64,000 nucleotides of DNA. It comes from Dehalococcoidia bacterium. Its GTDB lineage: Bacteria; Chloroflexota; Dehalococcoidia; Lucifugimonadales; CATOSD01. Position numbers and translations under genes: made by a program. The notes below the pieces were generated by a model. It had not been told where the DNA came from. It saw only the letters and a program-made list of their open reading frames with translations, and made no database searches. Position 1 is the first letter of the stretch. Each line of letters opens with the position of its first letter. Of the stretch, positions 56,474-64,000 are shown in pieces. Location: NCBI GenBank assembly GCA_965217705.1, contig CBDCJA010000002.1, positions 1,738,016-1,802,015 of the forward strand, read 5' to 3'.

Positions 56474-58306
56474 TCACCGCACTGGCACGACCGGCAGCAC
56501 TACGTGGGAGGGCCGGTCCGCGTCGTGGTAAACGGTGTTGCGCGCGACCTCGGTGCGCCTGCTCAGTCCCAGCGGCTCGCCGGTGTTGGGGTTAACGTCC
56601 AGCCGGGGGAAGTTGCTGCTGGCGACGTCCACGCGGATGCGGTGGCCCCTGGCGAAGAGGTTGCTGGTGGGGTACAGCTCGACGGTGAACTCGTACACCG
56701 TGCCCGGCTCCATTAGCTGTGCCCGCTCGAACGAGTTGCGGTAGCGGGCGCGTATCACGCCGTCCGTGATGTTCATGTCGAAGCCGTGAGGGTAGTCGGG
56801 GCTGGGCGGGTACACGTCCACGAGCTTGGCCGTGAAGTCGGTGTCGACGCACGACGAGGAGGCCCAGAGCTTCGCGACGACCGGGCCGGTTACCTCCACC
56901 GCCTCCTCGAGCGGCGGCGTCTGGAACGTGAGCACGTCGTGGCGGGAGGCCAGGGGCAGGTACGGCTCGCGCGAGCCGTAGAAGCGTGGCTCTTCTTGCT
57001 GGTGGAACGCGCCACCCTCCATGATGTCGGCGCCGGAGGAGATGTTGCCTCCGATGGTGGGCACCGGGTTGTTGGGGTCGAACAGGTACTCGCTGGGCCG
57101 CGAACCGGCGCGGGGCGCCTGGGCAGACAGCGCGCCGCCGGCGTGCAGGTAGAACGCGGTGTCGCTGGCGCGGGCGAGCGGCCAGTCCTGCTCGTCTCGC
57201 CAGCGGCCGCCGTGGTTCAGGCGGCCGTCGGCGTTTTTGCGGCCGTCGCCGCCACCCATGACGAACAGCTTCACCGGCGCGTCGCGCCCAACGCCGTTGT
57301 CCATGTCCTTCAGCCAGCGGTCGAACCAGCGCAGCCGCATGTGGTTGTAGTCGTCGGCCAGGCTGCCCGACACCACCGACAGCGGCCCGAAGTCCACGTC
57401 GCCGGAGTAGCTCACGTCGTGCGCGCCGTGGGTCCACGGCCCCAGCACCATGCGAATGGGGCCATTCTTAGTAGGAGCAAGCCCCGTGTAGTTGCGGGTG
57501 GTCGTGCGGGTGTATGGGTCGTACCAGCTTCCCAGGTGAAGCTGGGGGATGTCGGCGTACTGGTCGAAGTACAGCTCGTTGCAGATGCCTATCTGCTGCC
57601 AGTACTCGCCGAAGTCGGCCTGCGTCCACATGTCGAATACGTAGTCCTCGTAGTCGGGCGTCCAGCGCAGGGGGGACTGGCCCTTCTTCCAGGGCATTCG
57701 CTTGAACCACTCGCGAAGGTCTTCGGCCTCCAGCGCGGCCTTGACGGTGGGGTCAGCGAGCGCCTCTTTGCTGTTGCGCGCGTGGGTGAAGGCCCAGCAG
57801 ACCTGGCGCAGCTCCAGGGTGCCGCTGTTGCGGCAGGAGTTGTCGTAGGCGTTGGTGAAGCCGCCACAGTCCATGAACGTGCAGGCCAGGTTGGGCGGGT
57901 TGGTCGCGGCCATCGCGGCCTGGGTGTGGGCGCCGTAGGAGATGCCGAAGGTGCCGACGCGGCCGTTGGACCAGGGCTGGTTGCCGATCCACTCCAGGGT
58001 ATCGTAGCCGTCCTGTGGGTCGTTGAGGTACTTTACGAAGGAGCCTTCGGACTTGAACCTGCCGCGGTTGTCCTGGAAGATGACGACGTAGCCCCGGCTG
58101 CCGAAGTACCGGGCGGCGGCGCGATTGCGCTGCGTCTCCTTGTTGTAGGGCGTCCGCTCCATCACGGTGGGGAATCTGCCCTCGACCGGCTTGCCGTTCC
58201 TTGCGGGGAAGTACAGGTCGGTGGCCAGGCGCACGCCATCGCGCAGCGTGACCATGACGTCGCTCTTAAGTTGGACTTCGTACTCGGGCTGGGACTGTTG
58301 GGTCAT
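56474..58306 (-). CDS. CocE/NonD-family hydrolase (X-Pro dipeptidyl-peptidase S15 family)
   Basis: 610 aa from ATG 58306. VMV.LRDGVRLATDLYFP, ERTPYNK and GISYGA nucleophile elbow. C-terminal beta-sandwich (PTSN.F..GHRIRVD..SSNFPR). Confidence 0.88.
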   Translation of the reverse strand: MTQQSQPEYEVQLKSDVMVTLRDGVRLATDLYFPARNGKPVEGRFPTVMERTPYNKETQRNRAAARYFGSRGYVVIFQDNRGRFKSEGSFVKYLNDPQDGYDTLEWIGNQPWSNGRVGTFGISYGAHTQAAMAATNPPNLACTFMDCGGFTNAYDNSCRNSGTLELRQVCWAFTHARNSKEALADPTVKAALEAEDLREWFKRMPWKKGQSPLRWTPDYEDYVFDMWTQADFGEYWQQIGICNELYFDQYADIPQLHLGSWYDPYTRTTTRNYTGLAPTKNGPIRMVLGPWTHGAHDVSYSGDVDFGPLSVVSGSLADDYNHMRLRWFDRWLKDMDNGVGRDAPVKLFVMGGGDGRKNADGRLNHGGRWRDEQDWPLARASDTAFYLHAGGALSAQAPRAGSRPSEYLFDPNNPVPTIGGNISSGADIMEGGAFHQQEEPRFYGSREPYLPLASRHDVLTFQTPPLEEAVEVTGPVVAKLWASSSCVDTDFTAKLVDVYPPSPDYPHGFDMNITDGVIRARYRNSFERAQLMEPGTVYEFTVELYPTSNLFARGHRIRVDVASSNFPRLDVNPNTGEPLGLSRRTEVARNTVYHDADRPSHVVLPVVPVR

Positions 58307-58482
58307 CCGCGCGACTCTCCGGCCTGCTTTAACGTGACGGTCATCGGGCTGCCGGGCGACTGGCGCTGCGATTATATTGGGGCGGGTGGCGGGCGTCAAC
58401 AAGAGGTGGTATGTGTAGTTGACTGCCATGGGATCTTTCCGAACCATTTAATCTCGCTGGCAGTTAGAAACGTTATAATGGT

Positions 58483-59436
58483 GTGAAGACCATGCGACAC
58501 CAGCCCAACAATCCCGGTCAGTACTTCCCAGTGATTCCGATTGGGAGGCCAAGCGGTGAGATTGAGAACCGAGGCGCACGACGCAAGTTCTGGGTGACTT
58601 TGGGAGACGATGGGAGCGAGTGGTTGCTGAAGTTCCCTCGGCCGGACACTGGCGAACACTGGGCCGAAAAGGTCGCGGCGGAAATTGGAAGATTGTTAAA
58701 TATCCAGACTGCCGTGGTCGAACTGGCGAGGGTTGGGGATGAACTAGCAACAATTTGCCTATCGTTCTTGACCGATAAAGGGGCGTCCCACTATTATAGA
58801 GTTCCTTACCCTGGGCGTCTGCATGGGTCCGAATTTTTGGGTATGACCGTCCTTGACTATGACCCCCGTGTTGTTTGGTCCAATCGCGCTCACAATGTCA
58901 AGACCATAATCAATGCGATTGTAGAAGCGGGTAGTACAAGCAAGATTCCCAATTGGGAGAAACTGTTGGGAGATTTGGCTTCGTTCGCATTGCTGGACGC
59001 TCTGATTGGCAACACCGACAGGCATCACGACAATTGGACGTTGTTGTACAGCTTGAGCGATGGCAACCTCCGGATGCGGGCCGCGCCGTCTTACGACCAC
59101 GCCTCTTCGCTAGGACGCGAGTTGACGGACAAGCGCCGCGAACGATTTCTGTCCTCAAAAGGCGGAGTTCTTAGCTACTTGAAGAAAGGTAGAGGCGGCG
59201 TATTTCTCACCGCCAATCGACGAGCACCGTCCCCACTCAGACTGGCGCAGTTACTTTGCCGATGGAATCGAGCACTGGCTAGCAACTGGTGCCGCCGACT
59301 CCACTCCGTTTCGGACGCCGATTTTCGAGCCGTAATCAATAGAGTCCCTCCTGAGTTCATGACCGAATCAGCCAGAGAATTCGCCTTCCAAGTGGTTACA
59401 ACGAGCAAAGCCGAACTGTTGTGGAGCATCAGATGA
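58483..59436 (+). CDS. HipA-homologous Ser/Thr kinase, core kinase domain only (HipT-like size)
   Basis: 317 aa (GTG 58483, or ATG 58492). Catalytic loop LIGNTDRHHDNW. No N-terminal HipA subdomain. Lower GC than neighbours. TATAAT at 58474-58479. Confidence 0.75.
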   Translation: MKTMRHQPNNPGQYFPVIPIGRPSGEIENRGARRKFWVTLGDDGSEWLLKFPRPDTGEHWAEKVAAEIGRLLNIQTAVVELARVGDELATICLSFLTDKGASHYYRVPYPGRLHGSEFLGMTVLDYDPRVVWSNRAHNVKTIINAIVEAGSTSKIPNWEKLLGDLASFALLDALIGNTDRHHDNWTLLYSLSDGNLRMRAAPSYDHASSLGRELTDKRRERFLSSKGGVLSYLKKGRGGVFLTANRRAPSPLRLAQLLCRWNRALASNWCRRLHSVSDADFRAVINRVPPEFMTESAREFAFQVVTTSKAELLWSIR

Positions 59437-60209
59437 ATATCTTGTATCTCGCTTGGCAAGACCCGGGCAGCCGCAAGTGGTACCCAGTGGGGAGACTTGT
59501 CCGTCACGAGGTCGGGCACGACGACCACAAGTACGAATTCGGGTACGTCCGGGGCGCGGTACAGGCGCAGCGAGAGGCGGGATTCTTCATGGCACCCGGA
59601 TTCGCGGAATTTGGCCGTGCCTACACGGCGCCCGTTATTTTCCCCGCTTTCCGCAATCGAATTATGAATCTGAGTCGGCCCGATCGTCCGGAGTATCTGG
59701 CGTTGCTCGGCATGAATCCCGATAGTTGGGACGTGGTAACAGAGCTTTCGCTTTCAGGCGGCCGCGTTCGATCAGACAGCTTCGAGACATTCCCAGCGAT
59801 TACGCCCGACGAGTCAGGCCACTTCGCTACGCGCTTTATCCTGCACGGCCTGCGTTACACAAACCTCGACTCAGTTCAGCGTTCCGAATTGCTTGAACCT
59901 GGAGAGTCGCTAGAGTTCGCCTTTGAGTTAAATAACCCCGTAGCAACGCACTCGATAATCGTCAAGACGACTGACCACTACGTGGTGGGCTGGTTGCCGC
60001 ATTATCTGCTCGCCGGGATGCACCAAGACAATGCGTGGATGGTAGACGACGTTGAGGCAACGGTGGCGCAGGTGAATCGTGATGCGCCGCTGAGCCACCG
60101 GCTGCTGGTGGACTTCAAGGGCAGGCTGCCGGTGGGGTTCAACCCTATGCGGGATCTGCCGGAGTACCAACCCATCACTGCCGTAGATGCGCCGATAGCC
60201 GCCCCCTAG
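59433..60209 (+). CDS. HipS-like (HipA N-subdomain) + HIRAN-like domain fusion protein; putative antitoxin/sensor
   Basis: ATGA overlap with the kinase gene. N-terminal [19 protein letters not shown]...[22 protein letters not shown] resembles the HipA N-subdomain. C-terminal HGLRYTN...[13 protein letters not shown]...HSIIVKT.D..VVGWLP.YL is HIRAN-like. Confidence 0.55.
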   Translation: MNILYLAWQDPGSRKWYPVGRLVRHEVGHDDHKYEFGYVRGAVQAQREAGFFMAPGFAEFGRAYTAPVIFPAFRNRIMNLSRPDRPEYLALLGMNPDSWDVVTELSLSGGRVRSDSFETFPAITPDESGHFATRFILHGLRYTNLDSVQRSELLEPGESLEFAFELNNPVATHSIIVKTTDHYVVGWLPHYLLAGMHQDNAWMVDDVEATVAQVNRDAPLSHRLLVDFKGRLPVGFNPMRDLPEYQPITAVDAPIAAP

Positions 60210-61843
60210 TACCAGGTGGGCTGGTACTCGCCCCACTCCTCCCGGAGCACGCCCATCATCTCGCCCAGCGTGGCGTAGGCTCTCACCGCCTCGAGAATGT
60301 AGGGCATGAGGTTGGCGTCGCCGGAGGCGGCGTCGCGGAGGCGCCGGAGCGCGACCGACGCCGCCTCGGCGTCCCGCTCGCGCCGAACGCGGTTGAGCCG
60401 CTCCAGGTGGCGGCGCTCGCCCTTCTCGTCCACGCGCAGCAGCGGAATGTCCAGCGCCTCGTCGCCGGTGTACTCGTTGACGCCAACCACCACGCGCTCA
60501 TTGCGCTCCAGCTCGCGCTGGAAATCGGACGCGGCGTCCGCTATCTCGCGCACGAAGAAGCCGTCGTCCACGGCGGCCCTCACGCCTCCCGCCTCCTCGA
60601 TGCGGCGGAAGTAGTCGTAGGCCCCGGTCTCGAGCCGGTCCGTGAGCCACTCCAGGTAGTGGCTGCCGCCCAGGGGGTCTACGGTGTCCGTGACGCCCGT
60701 CTCGTGCGCGATGATCTGCTGGGTGCGCAGGGCGAGGCGAGCGGCGCTCTCGCTGGGCAACGCCCAGGCCTCGTCCATCGAGTTCGTGTGCAGGGACTGC
60801 GTGCCGCTCAGGACCGCCGCCAGGGCCTGGATGGCCACCCTGACGATGTTGTTCTCCGGCTGTTCGGAGGTCAGCGTCGCGCCCGCCGTTTGCGCGTGGG
60901 TGCGCAGCCACCACGAGCGTTCCTTCTTGGCTCCGAACCGCTCTCGCATCTCGCGGGCCCATATCCGGCGCGCCGCGCGGAACTTTGCGATCTCCTCGAA
61001 GAAGTCCTGGTGAACGTTGAAGAAGAAGCTGAGGCGGGGGGCGAAGTCGTCCACGTCCATCCCGCGCTCCACGCACGCCCGGACGTATTCGAACCCGTCG
61101 GCCAGCGTGAACGCCAGCTCCTGTACGGCGGTAGAACCGGCCTCCCGTATGTGGTAGCCGCTGATGCTGATGGGATTCCAGCGCGGCAGATTCTCGGAGG
61201 CGTATTCGATGGTGTCCACCACCAGCCGCATTGAGGGTTCCACCGGGAAGATGTACTCGTTCTGGGCGGTGTACTCCTTGAGGATGTCGTTCTGAATGGT
61301 GCCGCCCAGCGCCGCGGCGGGGATGCCGCGCTTTTCGGCTGCGGCGATGTACATGGCCCAGAGGATGGCCGCGGGCGCGTTGATGGTCATCGAGGTGGTG
61401 ACCTGGTCCATAGGTATGCCGTCGAAGAGCACCTCCATGTCGGCGAGGGAGGAGACGGCCACGCCGCACTTGCCGAACTCGCCCCGAGCGGGCGGGTCGT
61501 CGGTGTCGTAGCCATACAGAGTGGGCATGTCGAATGCGACACTCAGCCCCGACTGTCCCTGCTCGAGCAGGTACTTGAACCGCTGGTTGGTATCCTCGGC
61601 GGTCCCGAATCCGGCGAACATGCGCATGGTCCACAGCCTTCCGCGGTAGCCGGTGGCGTGGACGCCGCGCAGGAAGGGATAGCGGCCGGGAACATCCGGC
61701 TCGTCCGGCTCGCGCTCGCGGCTGTCCGCCGTGTAGGCGCGCTCGACGGGGATGCCCGATACGGTGGCGAATCGCTCTTTGCGTTCGGCGGGCGGCGCCG
61801 GGGGCGTGCTGGCGCTCTTGGGGTTGTCGGCTTCACCGGCCAT
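60206..61843 (-). CDS. methylmalonyl-CoA mutase family, large catalytic (N-terminal TIM-barrel) subunit
   Basis: 545 aa. YPFLRGVH...[25 protein letters not shown] and [22 protein letters not shown] motifs. No B12-binding domain in this ORF. Confidence 0.9.
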   Translation of the reverse strand: MAGEADNPKSASTPPAPPAERKERFATVSGIPVERAYTADSREREPDEPDVPGRYPFLRGVHATGYRGRLWTMRMFAGFGTAEDTNQRFKYLLEQGQSGLSVAFDMPTLYGYDTDDPPARGEFGKCGVAVSSLADMEVLFDGIPMDQVTTSMTINAPAAILWAMYIAAAEKRGIPAAALGGTIQNDILKEYTAQNEYIFPVEPSMRLVVDTIEYASENLPRWNPISISGYHIREAGSTAVQELAFTLADGFEYVRACVERGMDVDDFAPRLSFFFNVHQDFFEEIAKFRAARRIWAREMRERFGAKKERSWWLRTHAQTAGATLTSEQPENNIVRVAIQALAAVLSGTQSLHTNSMDEAWALPSESAARLALRTQQIIAHETGVTDTVDPLGGSHYLEWLTDRLETGAYDYFRRIEEAGGVRAAVDDGFFVREIADAASDFQRELERNERVVVGVNEYTGDEALDIPLLRVDEKGERRHLERLNRVRRERDAEAASVALRRLRDAASGDANLMPYILEAVRAYATLGEMMGVLREEWGEYQPTWY

Positions 61844-61969
61844 TGGGGACGCTCCTCGCTTGGCTTGGGGAAGGCAGTTTGGCGTTATTCTATCACGGGC
61901 CGGCGTGATGCGACGGGAGGTGGCGGGTGGTACGGAGGGCCGAGATTGCCTTACCAGCCGGGAGGCTTA

Positions 61970-62838
61970 GAGGGTGTCTAAGAAGTGGTCACATAATACC
62001 TGTACACAGGAGTGGGGGATGATGTAAACCATACCCATGAACAGACAAGCCTACCCCAGCGATCTCAGTGACACCGAGTGGCGACTGCTAGAGCCTCTGT
62101 TGCCCGCTCCTAAACCGGGAGGCCGTCCGGTCAAGTATCCTCGCCGGGAGGTGGTGAACGCCATCATGTACGTACTTCGGAGCGGGTGTCCGTGGCGGAT
62201 GCTTCCACACGACCTTCCCCCTTGGCGCACGGCGTTTCACTACTTCCGCACCTGGCGAAAGGACGGAACCTGGGAGAGGGTCCATCAAGCCCTGCGCGAG
62301 AGGGTACGGACAGCCGATGGACGACAGACTTCTCCCAGCGCGGCTATCATAGACAGCCAGAGCGTGAAGACGACCGAAAAAGGGGGCCTCGTGGCTATGA
62401 TGCTGGCAAGAAGGTCAACGGTCGAAAGCGACATATCATTGTAGATACCATGGGGTTGCTGCTGGCGGTGGTGGTGCATCCTGCCAATATCCAGGATAGG
62501 GATGGTGCGAAGCTGGTCATCGATAAATTGGCAGGAAGGTTTCCACGCCTGCAATTGATCTGGGCTGATGCTGGTTACGCGGGCCAGTTGGTTGATTGGG
62601 CCATGTGCTTGTCGGGTTGGGCGCTGGAGATTGTGAGGCGTCCGAGAAGCAGCCATCAGTTCGAGGTGTTGCCGCGAAGATGGGTGGTTGAGAGAACATT
62701 TGCATGGCTGGGACGCTGCCGTCGGCTGAGCAAGGACTATGAAGAACTGCCGGAGACCACCGAGGCGTGGATCTACAGTGCCATGACGAGACTGATGCTG
62801 AAACGGTTAGCACGCACACCCACCTTTTAGACACCCTC
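61970..62838 (+). mobile_element. IS5-family (IS427-group-like) insertion sequence, copy C, 869 bp, TTA/TAA target
   Basis: IRs GAGGGTGTCTAAGAAGT (61970-) and the reverse complement ending at 62838. Flanked by TTA (61967-61969) and TTA (62839-62841). Related to copy A. Confidence 0.85.
62037..62830 (+). CDS. IS5-family transposase, orfA/orfB with probable -1 frameshift
   Basis: orfA is 62037-62444. orfB frame runs to 62830. Slippery GAAAAAGGGGG at 62376-62386. Same motifs as copy A. Confidence 0.85.
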
Positions 62839-63485
62839 TTAGTGATGACACCAACGTCGTCCGTCAGCGCGTCGGGGAACTGGCTGCGCCGCAGGTGGCT
62901 TCTCCAGAGGCGCTTGACGTAGGTCGCAGCGTCGGCCAGCCGGCTGGGACTGCGGGTCTTGGCGTCTGGGTTCACCAGCGTCACGCGAAGCCCCAAGTCG
63001 TTGCGAACATAGCGCATCGCGCCTGCGAAATCGGCGTCGTTCGACACGACGACCGCCTGCTCGTAGTCCCTGTTGAAGCCGTCCACCAAAAGGCGCGTCA
63101 CAAGGTTCACGTCCGATCCTTTCTCTTCGGATTCCCTGACCAGGACGTGGGTGGGCAGACCCGGAACAGGCTCGGCCAGCGGGCGGCGCCTGAAGCCGGA
63201 GCGAAACACGCCGTAGTAGGCTTCGTAGCCAGGCAAAGTCGCCAGCGCTCTCAAGTACGCCTGTTGCCGCTGAGGTTGATAAAGATTGCCCGAGCGCGCC
63301 TCTAGCCGCGCGGTGAAGTAACAGACCTTTTGGATAGTGTCATCCGGGAATAGAGTCTCGGCAAGCTTACGCAGGTCAAGCCATCTGAAGGGGGTATCCT
63401 TGAGGGCGCGGTAGTAGAGATTGAATCCATCTACATAGACGTTGGTGAGCAATAGATGTTCCCTTACAAAAACAGAGACCGCCAC
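62839..63485 (-). CDS. NYN/LabA-like (DUF88) domain protein, 3' end clipped by IS copy C
   Basis: VYVDGFNLYY ... KGSDV ... VVVSNDADF NYN motifs. The native last codons (KPPGW-stop) lie on the other side of the IS at 61951-61969. Confidence 0.7.
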
Positions 63486-63579
63486 AGAGGGCGGTCTCGG
63501 GCCTACCGCCGAAGCGATAGGTGCGGTGTCAAGAGAGTATCACTAAGCCGCAGCAGTCGTCAACCATGATTGTTGGTCG

Positions 63580-63723
63580 GAGCCTGTATCAGTTTAGTCG
63601 GTATGGTTCTTGGGTCGAGGCCGACTCCGCGTTCCAGCCTGTGAACTCCCCCGAAAGCGGGAGTGACGGTTGGGGTGCAGCACTGGCCCACGAAATGACC
63701 ACCGACTAAACTGATACAGGCTC
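63580..63723. mobile_element. 144-bp MITE with perfect 23-bp terminal inverted repeats and a 9-bp target duplication
   Basis: GAGCCTGTATCAGTTTAGTCGGT at 63580-63602 and its exact reverse complement at 63701-63723. Flanked by direct repeats TGTTGGTCG at 63571-63579 and 63724-63732. No ORF inside. Confidence 0.85.
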
Positions 63724-63774
63724 TGTTGGTCGAGAGAAGTGCAAAACTGCTGAAATGCTGTCAATGCGCTATTC

Positions 63775-64000
63775 TCACACCACCTTCGCCACCATCCAGC
63801 GCGGCCTCTCAGCGCCCGCGAGCGTTTGGACAAGCAGCGTCGCGCTGTAGGCTAATACCGACATCGCAGCGTGAAGTGCCACCCTCTTCAGCCCTCGGAC
63901 ACAGTGCCCGTTCAGCCGGCGCGATTGCTTCATGGACTTGAACACCCGCTCGACGGATTGGCGTAGCCGGTAGAGCTGCCGCCACTCTGCGCTGTTCCTG
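63775..64000 (-). CDS. DDE transposase (IS4/IS5-superfamily type), C-terminal 74 codons; rest is beyond the window edge
   Basis: My translation of the minus strand is ...RNSAEWRQLYRLRQSVERVFKSMKQSRRLNGHCVRGLKRVALHAAMSVLAYSATLLVQTL... with stop at 63775-63777. It shows the Y..R..VE..F...K......RG..KV motif of the DDE_Tnp_1 C-terminus. Absent from the ORF track because no start lies in the window. Confidence 0.65.
   Translation of the reverse strand, partial: RNSAEWRQLYRLRQSVERVFKSMKQSRRLNGHCVRGLKRVALHAAMSVLAYSATLLVQTLAGAERPRWMVAKVV

Noticed and set aside
58307-58482. Looked for a HipB-like HTH antitoxin ORF upstream of the HipA-like kinase.
   Set aside because: The 176-nt gap contains no plausible ORF on either strand, so this is not a canonical hipBA or hipBST arrangement.
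54442-62838. IS copies A and C are inverted relative to each other and bracket ~6.7 kb that includes the HipA-like cassette, which suggests a composite transposon.
   Set aside because: The two IS are clearly different isoforms with different IR sequences (GTGTGAG versus GTCTAAG). Each has its own TAA/TTA duplication, and the bracketed segment contains ordinary metabolic genes. Independent insertions are the simpler reading.

Overview
This is a 64-kb high-GC bacterial chromosomal window (roughly 60-67% GC by eye). Gene content and repeat style suggest a Chloroflexota-like organism, but that is inference only because no search was possible.

Backbone genes:
- two peptide-type ABC permeases
- three paralogous YtcJ-type amidohydrolases
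- gamma-glutamyltransferase
- the conserved block tRNA-Thr/Tyr/Thr-tuf-rpmG-secE-nusG-rplK-rplA-rplJ-rplL
- larC-radA-clpC-rpsA
- an orphan 5S rRNA gene with its own promoter
- ilvE and assorted hydrolases/peptidases
- an ECF sigma / anti-sigma-VWA pair
- NAD-dependent formate dehydrogenase
- a methylmalonyl-CoA mutase large subunit

Two accessory patches stand out.
- Patch (i), 26.9-36.3 kb: an IS982-like and an IS5-like element, a decayed hicAB pair, and a 1,719-aa single polypeptide. That polypeptide combines an Mrr-type nuclease, an SF2 helicase and an N6-adenine methyltransferase, so it is a Type ISP-like restriction-modification or related defence enzyme.
- Patch (ii), 54.3-64 kb: three IS427-group IS5-family elements, a 144-bp MITE, a partial transposase, a small gene split by two IS copies and an IS-clipped NYN gene. 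It also holds a lower-GC two-gene cassette encoding a HipA-like kinase and a HipS-like/HIRAN fusion protein.

Intergenic DNA is saturated with at least five families of short, strand-consistent repeat modules. These modules supply stop codons, host an IS insertion and generate many spurious ORFs. Most long ORFs in the supplied track that overlap my calls on another strand or frame are high-GC shadow ORFs. RNA ends, IS ends and start codons were called by eye and may be off by a few nt.
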